Both the position numbers and the translations under genes were made by a program. The notes under the pieces were generated by a model, which saw only the letters and a list, made by a program, of their open reading frames with translations, was not told the origin of the DNA and searched no databases. A DNA stretch of 20,000 nt, taken from Chiloscyllium plagiosum. Taxonomy: Eukaryota. This document shows, in pieces, positions 1 through 9,584 of this stretch. How positions within the stretch are numbered: the first letter of the stretch is position 1; every line of letters begins with the position of its first letter. The stretch spans positions 47,801,790-47,821,789 of the forward strand of contig NC_057718.1 of assembly GCF_004010195.1 (NCBI RefSeq), in the 5' to 3' direction.

Positions 1-2000
1 TTCAGTATCTCCTCCGTTTTCTGTGGCTTCACACAAGGGCTGCCTTGCTGATCTTTGAGGGGCCCTATTCTCTCCCTAGTTACCCTTTTGTCATTAATGT
101 ATTTGTAAAAACTCTTTGGATTCTCATTAACTCTATTTGCCAAAGCTATCTCATGTCCCCTTTTTGCCCTCCTGATTTCCCTCTTAAGTATACTCCTACT
201 ACCTTTTGACTCTTCTAAGGATTCACATGATCTATCCTGTCTATACCTGTCAATGCTTCCTTCTTTTTCTTAACCAAACCCTCAATTTCTTTAGTCATCC
301 AGCATTATCTATACCTACCAGCCTTTCCTTTCACCACAACAGGAATATACTTTCTCTGGACTCCCGTTATCTCATTTCTGAAGGCTTCCCATTTTCCAGC
401 CGTCCTTTTACCTGCAAACATTTGTCCCCAGTCAGCTTTTAAAAGTTCTTGCCTAATATTGTCAAAATTGGCCTTTCTTCAATTTAGAACTACAACTTTT
501 AGATCTGGTCTATCCTTTCCCATCAATTATTGTCACTGGCCCAAAAGTGCTCCCCTGCTGACACCTATGTCACCTGCCCTACCTTATTTCCCAAGAGTAG
601 GTCAAGTTTTGCACCTTCTCTAGTAGGTACATCCACATGCTGAAACAGAAAATTTTCTTGTACACACTTAACAAATTCCTCTCCATCTAAATCCTTAACA
701 CTCTGGCAGTCCTAGTCTATGTTTGGAAAGTTAAAATCCCCTACCATAACCACCCAATTACTCTTATAGATAACTGAGATCTCCTTATAAATTTGTTTAT
801 CAATTTCCCGCTGACTATTACGGGGTCTATAATACAATCCCGTAAGGTGATCATTACCTTTCTTATTTCTTAGTTCTGCCCAAATAACTTCCCTGGATGT
901 ATTTCTGGGAATATCCTCCCTCAGCACAGCTGAAATGCTATCCCTTATCAAAAACGCCACTCCCCCTCCTCTCTTGCCTCCCTTTCTATCCTTCCTGTAG
1001 CATTTGTCTCCTGGAACATTAAACTGTCAGTCCTGTCCATTGCTGAGCCATGTTTCTGTAATTGCTATGATATCCCAGTCCTATGTTTCTAACCATGCCC
1101 TGAGTTCACCTGCCTTCCCTGTTAGGCCTCTTGCATTGAAGTAAATGCAGTTTAATTTATCAGTCCTACCTCATTGTCTGCTTTGTTCCTGCCTGCTCAG
1201 ACTATTTGACATGCTTCTGTTCTCAACTCTACCAGTGTCAGATTGATTGCTTTCCTCAGTATCTCCCTGGGTCTCAACTCGCCTCCCCCCCCCCCCCCCC
1301 CCATCCCCTGCCCAACCTTACTAATTTAAATCTTCCTGAGCAGCTCTAGCAAATCTCCCTGCCAGTACATTAGTCCCCTTCCAATTTAGGTGCAATCCGT
1401 CCTTCTTGTACAGGTCATGTATACCCCAAAAGAGATTCCAGTGATCCAAAAATGTGAGTCCTTCTCCCATACACCAGCTCCTCAGCCATGCATTCATCTG
1501 CTCTATCCTCCTATTGTGCCCTCACTAGTTTGTAGCACCAGGAGTAATGCAAATATTACTACTCACGAGAATCTCTCTTTCTGCCTAACTCTCTGTAATC
1601 TCCCTTCAGAATCTCAACCTTTTCTCTTCCTTTGTCATTGTTTCCAATGCGTACAATGACCTCTCTCCCCCTTGAGAAATTCTGCACCCTCTCTGAGACA
1701 TCCTTGATCCTGGCACCAGGGAAGCAACACACCATTCTGCTTTTTCACTCCTGGCCACAGAAATGTGTGTCTGTACCTCGGACTAGAGAATCCCCTAACA
1801 CAATTGATCTCTTGGAACTCGACGTACCCCTCATTGCATTAGAGCCAGTCTCAATACCAGAAACTTGGCAGTTCGTGCTACGAGAATCCATCACTCCCTA
1901 CATTTTCCAAAACAGCATACGTCTTTGAAATGGAGATAGCCACAGAAGACTCCTGCCTAACTGCCTACCTCTCTTACCTTTCCTGGAGTTAACCCATCGA
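1..2000 (-). mobile_element. CR1-clade LINE, degenerate: esterase-type ORF1 plus ORF2 AP endonuclease; runs off the left edge
   Basis: Minus strand: SIVLGDSLVRGTD (GDSL 1795-1784), DLYKKDGLHLNWKGTNVLAGRFARAAQEDLN* (ends 1321), then CIYFNARGLTGK...IIAITETWL...RKDRKGGKRGGGVAFLI...YYRP...MVGDFNFPNID. Several stops and frameshifts. Confidence 0.9.
1285..1302. repeat. C18 homopolymer in the CR1 ORF1-ORF2 spacer
   Basis: Directly visible run of 18 C. Confidence 0.9.
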
Positions 2001-2200
2001 TGTGACTTTTCTCTCTTCCTATCCATCCATCACACCCCCTAGCTCTTTTAAGAGGGAATGCAGTAGATTCTAAATTAGGCTTACACCACATGCATGTCAG
2101 TTAAAGTAGTGTGGTAAGAAAGACTGGTGAGCATGCAGAAACACATAGCCACTTGCAAATATTACATCCTAGTGATAATGACAACCTTGCTCAAGGAAAG

Positions 2201-2333
2201 TTAAAAATCACACAACACCAGGTTATAGTCCAACAGGTTTAATTGGAAGCACACTAGCTTTCAGAGCGACGCTCCTTCATCAGGTGATTTTTAACTTTGT
2301 ACACCCCAGTCCAACACCGGCATCTCCGAATCA
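2201..2333 (+). mobile_element. Miniature Penelope-like insertion (inverted terminal repeat segment plus short direct 3' end and tail)
   Basis: Near-identical to parts of 6086-6323. Flanked by direct repeat TTGCTCAAGGAAAG at 2187-2200 and 2334-2347. Hammerhead motif on the minus strand. Confidence 0.8.
2252..2286 (-). ncRNA. Minimal type I hammerhead ribozyme motif
   Basis: Minus strand CAC-CTGATGA-A-GGAGC-GTC-GCTCT-GAAA-GC-TA-GTG. The base pair at the foot of stem II is G-U. Confidence 0.65.
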
Positions 2334-2429
2334 TTGCTCAAGGAAAGGCTGACTGGTTACTTAATACGTATGGAAAGAAGATAGTCAGGAAAAGTAGGGA
2401 AGCAAAGTGACAGCAAAGTATGAAAATGA

Positions 2430-3100
2430 TAGAGTAATGATAATAGGGCACTTTAATTATTCGTCGAATATAAACTGGGACAGTAACAGTGTAAATTCCA
2501 AAGAAGAGATCAAGCCCAGTGAGGAAGTAGGCATTCATGGATCTTGTTCTTGGTAATAAGGTACTGTCGAGTGAGTCAATTCTCATTGTGGGTGAACATT
2601 TAGGGAACAATAATCATAATACCGAGTAGTTTTACGTTAGCTATAGAAAAGTGCCAGGAGTAAAATTAGTTAATTGGAGGATGGTCAATTTCAGTGAGCT
2701 AAGAATGAATCTGGTCCAGATAAATTGGAATGAAAGTTAGGCAGCCAAAATTGGGACAGAACAATTAGTTGCCTTTGAGGAATATATAGTGCAGATGCAA
2801 TCAAGGTACATTCTCACAATCGGATAAAAGAGATGTTGGTCAAATCTAATGATCACTAAATGACAAAACAGAGATTAAGTTTAAAATAAAGGGAGATACT
2901 AATTTTATTGATAATACAAGTGAAACCAGGTTGAAGGTAGAAATTGCCTGAAGAATGTGAACCTAGAAATGAATGTAAAGTGAGAGTATGAAAAGAAACT
3001 GGCAGATGATGCTAAAAAGAACTTCAGCATGATATGTGGATATATAGAGAGCAAAAGGGGAGTAAAAGGATCAATTTGGGGACTGGGGTTCTGCAAGGAG
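2430..3100 (+). mobile_element. Old, highly decayed CR1-like ORF2 endonuclease fragment
   Basis: Remnants resembling VMIIG(D)FNY..NINWDS and FMDLVLGNK, colinear with the CR1 endonuclease motifs elsewhere in the window. Confidence 0.5.
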
Positions 3101-3219
3101 AACTTAATGACAGGATATTTGATAGAGAAGTTCAAAATCATGGTCAGGCTTTTGCATTTTAGTAAAATTAATAAAACTTAAATTGCACTGTACATAGTCT
3201 GAGTGATGTAAAATATTAA

Positions 3220-5250
3220 TTTGATAGAGGGTAATTTGTGAAGCATGTTCAAGAAAATGTTTTGATTCAGTATCTGGATTTATCTAGTAGAGAAGGTGCA
3301 AAGCTCTTGGGAAATAAGGCAGGGCGGGGGACTGAGGTGTCAGTGGGGGAGCACTTTGGGGCCAGTGACCATAATTCTATTAGTTTTAAAATAGTGATGG
3401 AAAAGTATAGACCAGATCTAAAAGTTGTAGTTCTAAATTGGAGAAAGGCCAATTTTGACAGTATTAGGCAAGAACTTTTAAAAGCTGATTGTGGGTGAAT
3501 GTTCAAAGGTAAAAGGGACAGCTGGAAAATGGGAAGCCTTCAGAAATGAGATAACGAAGTGCAGAGACAGTATATTCCTGTTGTGGTGAAAGGAAAGGCT
3601 GGTAGGTATAGATAATGGTTGATGACTAAAGAAACTGAGGGTTTGGTTAAGGAAAGGAAGCATATGTCAGGTATAGACAGGATAGCTCAAGTGAATCCTT
3701 AGAAGAGTATAAAGGTAGTAGTAACTAGGGAGAGAATAGGGCCCCTCAAAGATTAGCAAGGTGGCCTTTGTGTGGAGCTGCAGGAGATGGGGGAAATACT
3801 AAATGAGTATTTTGCATCAGTGTTTACTGTGGAAAGGGACATGAAAGATATAGAATGTAGGGAAATAGATGGTGACATCTTGCAAAATGTCCAGATTACA
3901 GAGGAGGAAGTGCTGGATGTCTTGAAACGCATAAAAGTGGATAAATCCCCAGGACCTGATCAGGTGTACTCATGTACTCTGTCGAAAGCTAGGGAAATGA
4001 TTTCTGGGCCTCATTGAGATTTTTCTATCATCAATAATCACAGGTGAAGTGCTGGAAGACTGGAGGTTGGCAAACATGGTGCCCCTATTTAAGAAAGGTG
4101 GTAAGGACAAGCCAGGGAACTATAGATCAGTGATCCTGACGTTGGCGGTGGGCAAGTTGTTGGAGAGAATCCTGAGGTACAGAATGTACATGTATTTGGA
4201 AAGGCAACATGGCTTTGTGCGTGGGAAATCATGTCTCAGAAACTTGAGTTTTTTGAAGAATTGACAAAGAGACTTGATGAGGGCAGAGCAGTAGATGCGA
4301 TCTATGTGGACTTCAAAAAGGCGTTCAACAAGGTTCCCCATGAGACACTGGTTAGCAAGGTTAGATCTCATGGAATACAGGGAGAACTGGCCATTTGAAT
4401 ATAGAACTGGCTCGAAGGTAGAAGACAGAGGGTGGTGGTGGAGGGTTGTTTTTCAGACTGGAGGCCTGTGACCAGTGGAGTGCCACAAGGATCAGTGCTG
4501 GGTCCACTACTTCTCGTCATTTATATTAATGATTGGAAATATGAACTTAAGAGGTATTGTTAGTAAGTTTGCAGATGACATCAAAATTGGAGGTGTAGTG
4601 GACAGTGAAGAGGGTTACCTCGGATTATAATGGGATCTTGATCAGATGAGCTAATGGGCTGAGGAGTGGCAGATGGAGTTTAATTTAGATAGATGCGAGG
4701 TGCTAACTTTTTGGAAAGCAAATCTTAGCAGGACTTATACACTCAATGGTGACGTCCGAGGGAGTATTGCTGAACAAAGAGATCTTGGAGAGCAGGTTCA
4801 TTGTTCATTGAAATTGGAGTCACAGGTAGATAGGATAGTGAAGGCGGCGTTTGGTATGCTTTCTTTTATTGGTCAGAGCATTGAGTACAGGAGTTGAGAG
4901 GTCATGTTGCGGCTGTACAGGACATTGATTAGGCCACTTTGGAATATTGTGTGCAATACGGTCTCTTTCCTATCAGAAGGATGTCATGAAACTTGAAAGG
5001 GTTCAGAAAACGTTCACAAGGATGTTTCTAGGGTTGTTGGATTTGAGCTATTGGGAGAGGTTGAATAGCCTGGGGCTGTTTTCCCCTACAGCGTCGGTAG
5101 CTGAGGGGTGACCTTACAGAGGTTTATAAAATCATAAGGGGCATGGATAGGGTAAATATACAAGGTATTTTCCCTGGGGTGGGGGAGTACGAAACTAGAG
5201 GGCATAGGTTAGGATGTGAAGGAAACGTATAAAAGAGACATAAGGGGCAT
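3220..5250 (+). mobile_element. CR1-clade LINE ORF2 fragment (endonuclease end and reverse transcriptase), pseudogenised
   Basis: [51 protein letters not shown] (~4474-4506), SKFADDIKIG (~4562-4591). Many stops; ~110-nt deletion near 3720 relative to the copy at 1-690. Confidence 0.93.
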
Positions 5251-5334
5251 TGAGTATTAAAGATCATTTGGATCCAGTGTAATCAGGAGTGCTGGGGAAA
5301 AGAAATTATCTTAAAATATAGTGAACAAAATGAT

Positions 5335-5975
5335 AAGAAATAGGAATAGAAGTAGGCAGTTCAGCCACTCAAGCCTGGCCTGCTATTCAATGGGATCATG
5401 GCTGATCAAATATTTCTTATGTACACCATCTTGTCCTTGTCCCACTATCCTCCATTTCTGTAATGATCAGGAATGTATCTGAGCCTTGAATATATACAAG
5501 GACTCTGCCCCCATAGTTCTCTGTGGCAAGAAGTTCCAAAGACCCTCAACCCTCTGAGGGAAGAAATTCCTTATCTCAGCATCCCTTAATTTTGAGATTA
5601 TGTCTCCCATGGGGGGAACATCCTCTCAGCATTTACCCTGCCAAGATCCTTAAGAGCTTTCTATGCATTCTTCTAAATTCCAATAAGTAGATTCCCAAGT
5701 TGTTTAACCTTTGCTCATAAGGCAATCCCTCCATTCTGGGTATCAGGTTAGTGATCCTTCCCTAAACTGCCTGCGATGAATTGATATCCCTCCGTAAATA
5801 AAGGAACCAAAACTGCTCACAGTAGTCCAGATGCAGACTGACGAGCACCTTGTACAATTACAGTAAGACATCCCTACTCTTGTACTTCAACTCCTTTGAA
5901 ATAAGGCCAACATTCCATTAACCTTCCGAATTACCTGCTCCTCCTGTGTACTAGCCTTCTGTGTTTTGTGCACAA
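5335..5975 (-). mobile_element. CR1-like LINE 3' fragment, older subfamily
   Basis: Reverse complement resembles CR1 ORF2 C-terminus and 3' UTR (e.g. MLALFQRS*STRVGMSYCNCTRCSSV-like remnants of the LY..LVRPHL region). Confidence 0.7.
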
Positions 5976-6178
5976 TAGAAGATATATAAATATTTAACTG
6001 TTGAGGAACTGTTTAGTTAGTTGGTTTGGGAGAATCAGTGGTTAGGAAAGGCAGATTCTTTGTTTGAAAACTTTCCACCAAAAAGTCATGATTTGGAGGT
6101 GCCGGTGTTGGACTGGGGTGTACAAAGTTAAAAATCACACAACACCAGGTTATAGTCCAACTGGTTTAATTGGAAGCA

Positions 6179-6213
6179 CACTAGCTTTCGGAGCGACGCT
6201 CCTTCATCAGGTG
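6179..6213 (-). ncRNA. Minimal type I hammerhead ribozyme motif
   Basis: Minus strand CAC-CTGATGA-A-GGAGC-GTC-GCTCC-GAAA-GC-TA-GTG: 3-bp stem I, perfect 5-bp stem II, palindromic AGCT in place of stem III, CUA cleavage triplet. Confidence 0.72.
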
Positions 6214-6234
6214 ATAGATCGAGCCCTCCACTAT

Positions 6235-6269
6235 CACCTGATGAAGGAACGTCGCTCCGAAAGCTAGTG
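6235..6269 (+). ncRNA. Minimal type I hammerhead ribozyme motif
   Basis: CAC 6235-37, CTGATGA 6238-44, A, GGAAC-GTC-GCTCC (one A-C mismatch), GAAA 6259-62, GCTA, GTG 6267-69. Confidence 0.68.
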
Positions 6270-6337
6270 TGCTTCCAATTAAACCTGTTGGACTATAACC
6301 TGGTGTTGTGTGATTTTTAACTTTTTCCACCAAAAAG

Positions 6338-7778
6338 ACATTGTGGGAAGTTAGGGAAGAAATTGCAAGGCCTCCAGCAGACATATCAGCTACAGCCACG
6401 GGTGAGGTGCTGGAGGATGGAAGGGTGGCTAATGTTTTGCCTTTATTTAAGAAAAGCTAAAGAACTATAGGCCTGTGAGTTTTACATTAGTGATGGGTTA
6501 AGTTATTGGAAGGGATTCTGAGAGATAGGATTTATATGCATTTGGAGAGGAAAGGACTGAATAGGGATAGTCAGCATGGCTGTGGGTGTGGGAAATAGTA
6601 TTTCTCAAACTTGATTGCGTTTTTTGAGGATGGAACCACAAAGACTGATGAGGGCAGAGTGGTGGACGTTGTCTACATGGACATTAGAATAAGCCTTTGA
6701 CAAGCTTCCCTATGGTAGACTAATAGTAAAGTTACATACAGGGGATTCAGGGACAGCTTGCCAATCACATACAAAATTGGCTTGACGGTAGGAAACAGAG
6801 ATTGTTGGTGGAGGGTTGTTTTTCAGACTAAGTTTGTGACCAGCCGTGTTCCACATGGATCAGTGCTGGCTCCGCTCTTGTTTGTCACTTATTTAAACGA
6901 TTTGGATGAGAATTTAGGAGGCATATTTAGCAAGTTTGCAGTTGACACCAAAATTGGTGGTATAATCGATAGTGAAGAAGCTTATCTAAGACTACAAAGA
7001 GTTCTTGATCAGATCAATGGGCTAAGGAGTGGTAGATGAAGTTTAAGTTGGATAAACGTGAGGTATTGCATTTTGCTAAAACAAACAAAGGCAGGACTTA
7101 TACTGGGAAGTCTTGTACAACAGAGGGACCTAGGGGTTCAGGTACATAGTTCTTTGAAAGTTGAAACATAGGTAGACAGGGTGGTTAAGAAGGCATTTCG
7201 CTCACTTGCCTTCATTGCTCAGACGATTGAGTATAGGAGTTAAGACATCATGTTGAGATTGTATAGGAAGGCCACTTTTGGAGTATTGTGTTGAGTACGG
7301 ATTGCACTGTTACAGGAAGGATATTATTAAATTGGAGAGGGTTCAGAAAACATTTACTAGGATGTTGCTGAGACTGGAGGGTTTGAGTTATAAGAACAGG
7401 GTGGGACCTTTTCACTGGAGTGTAGGAGGTTGAAGGGTGACCTTATAGAGGTTTATAAAATCATGAGGGGCATAGAAAAGGCGAATAGCAAAGATCTTTT
7501 CTCCAGCTGGTTGAGTTCAAAACTAGGGGGAGGATTTTAAGGTAAGAGGAGAAAGATTTAAAAGGGACAACTTTATCCACTGAGAGTGGTTTGCATATAG
7601 AATGAACTGCCAGAGGAAGTGGTAGATGCAGATCCAGGCGTAGTTACAACATTTAAAAGACATTTGGATAGGTACATGAATAGGAAAGCTTTCAAGGGAT
7701 ATGGACCAAACACTGGGAAATGAGACTAATGAATGAATTGGACCTAAGGGTTTGTTTCCATGCTGTATGACTATAATA
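6338..7778 (+). mobile_element. 5'-truncated CR1-clade LINE (reverse transcriptase to 3' end)
   Basis: TSRVPHGSVLAPLLFVTYLNDLD..SKFAVDTKIGG; colinear with 3980-5250; ends in tccatgctgtatgactata-type tail. Confidence 0.92.
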
Positions 7779-9339
7779 GAACATTCTGCCAGTAGCTGTG
7801 AATATGTTACTTCAACAATTAAGATACATTGGGAAACTAGTAGATCTGTTTCCGAATTACAGAGTTCAAGATAAAGCTGCCAAAAGATTTGTATTCTAAC
7901 CCAAGGCTCCTCCAATGCTTTCCAAACCTGTAACCTAGTCTACTTAAGTTGATCCCCACAACTTATCACACCTAACCACAACAGTACCTCCTCTGATTCC
8001 TTACACTCCGAAGAATGAAATCTCACCCTCCCAAATCAGACCTTCCCCACCCAACATGATTCCACATTACCCCCATTCCTTCATGGTTATGTTGCTTAAC
8101 CAAACATCAGTTGTCACCCTAAACCCACCATCACCTCACATTAACCCTTTTATAGTGTGGTGTAAGGCGAGAGATTTATATAGTTTCAATTTTGAACCAG
8201 TTGCATATGGATTTTATGTCTGTGAATAGGTTTATTGATTGACTTGATCAACTTTCTGAAGTAATTTTTTTTACAAAACCAGTAAGCGAGAAAAATATCC
8301 TGGCATAATAGTAATTTGTTTGCATGAGACAGTTTTATGAGCTTACAGAATAAACATGGAAGTGTCTTAGCTCACCTTTTGATTAAAAAAAAATCTTTTT
8401 TTAGATTTTAGGGGAAAATTACATAACTTGGAAGGCCTTGGTCTTTCAGTTCAATCCCTGGTAGAAGTTAGATGTGTGAAACTTTCTTGTAATGAAAGGA
8501 GATCATTTAGAACTGTTAGGAATAAGTTACCTCAGCGTAAGGATTTTAGTTTGGAAGTTTCAGAACAAGGTTTATGGATTATCTGCTGAGGGCAGACTTT
8601 TTGCACACTAATGTAAATTTTGAGGATAGACCACTTCTCTTTGTTCGATTTGGCTCAGTTTAATTTTGCAGGCTATCCCCTTTTATTATTATGAGGCAGG
8701 ATATATTGTTGTTTCCACGAGGAAGTCCCATGTCAGGGTTCCCAGCCAATTGGAAACCAGCAATTCTACATCATGCCTGTATCTAATGGCACGGCTGGAT
8801 TGCAGGAGGAAGAACGGTCAATGCCCTCGAAGCCAGTCATTTCCTGAATGTCACTAGGTGCAGGTTAGCAAGACTCAGTGAGAAAGATGGGGGTTGGCAC
8901 ATAAAACACAACAGGAGCAAAACTGAGGGGACTTGCCTTTGATAGGCACTCGGACCCACAGTAAAAGGCAACCACCCCACTACCTTCCTCTCACCCTTTT
9001 ACTGAATAGCATCCAGTGTACTAAATGCATCAGACCATACTTTGAGCAAAACTTCTCCTGTTTCTATTATATACAGCATGCGGCAGCAGCATGAATCACT
9101 TTATTGGGAATTAATTACACACCAAGGCCTCAATTAGTCAACCTAAGAGCTGCCTGTAAAATCATGGAATGGAGGTGGAAGGCCAAAGGCACAGAATCCT
9201 AATTTGCAGGTCTCTCCACTCACCAATTTCAGGCCAGAAAGCCTGTCTTTTCTATTAATGAGTGAGAAAGAAATGTTGGTCTACATCATAGAAAAATTCA
9301 ATTCTTGCAGAACAAGTACATTTTAACAAAAAGCATAAT

Positions 9340-9431
9340 TCTGCCAATACTGAAGATCTGAAATATAATAGGCTGCGCTGAAGAAAGCAAGTCTGAGAGC
9401 ATCTACGGAGAGAAAAACAGAGTTAACCTTG
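9340..9431 (-). mobile_element. Degenerate Penelope-like terminal fragment (related to 10631-10726), hammerhead core absent
   Basis: Minus strand gttaactctgtttttctctccgtagatgctctcagacttgct resembles gtcaattccccttctcctctgatgctgcttgacctgct at 10661-10698. Confidence 0.45.
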
Positions 9432-9583
9432 AAATCATAGAGTCCTTCGTACAAAAGTAGGCCATTCAGCCCATCAAGTCCACACCAACCATCCGAAGTG
9501 CATCCCACCCAGACTCATCTCCCCTCCCCTCCTCCACCCTGTAACCCTGCATTTCCCATGGCCTATCCCCCTAATCTGCACAC
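9432..9583 (-). mobile_element. HE1-like SINE, 3' portion
   Basis: Minus strand gtgtgcagattagggggataggccatgggaaatgcagggttaca...tctgggtgggatgc...gtgtggacttgatgggctgaatggcct...gactctatgatt resembles the elasmobranch HE1 SINE body with LINE-derived tail (recognition from memory). Confidence 0.6.
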
Positions 9584-9584
9584 A

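Larger units (their letters stand above)
6086..6323 (-). mobile_element. Miniature Penelope-like foldback insertion (inverted pseudo-LTR pair plus ~37-nt tail)
   Basis: Arms 6124-6217 and 6231-6324 are reverse complements (92/94) around a 13-nt loop. Unpaired tail 6087-6123. Direct repeat TTTCCACCAAAAAG at 6072-6085 and 6324-6337. Confidence 0.85.

Noticed and set aside
6086..6323. Reading the foldback as a DNA-transposon MITE, pre-miRNA or viroid-like replicon
   Set aside because: The asymmetric tail, long TSD and hammerhead fit a Penelope-like element better. The two ribozyme polarities simply follow from the inversion, and one-strand cleavage cannot release a unit-length circle.
6064..6399. 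Two mirror ORFs with the same peptide (VKNHTTPGYSPTGLIGSTLAFGAT)
   Set aside because: Artefact of the inverted repeat; no evidence of coding function.
8449..8458. B-box-like GTTCAATCCC
   Set aside because: No convincing A-box or cloverleaf; cannot call a tRNA or SINE head.
8663..9162. Possible terminal inverted repeat ATTTT(G/A)CAGGC suggesting an old MITE
   Set aside because: Only 10/11 match, no TSD, no second copy in the window.
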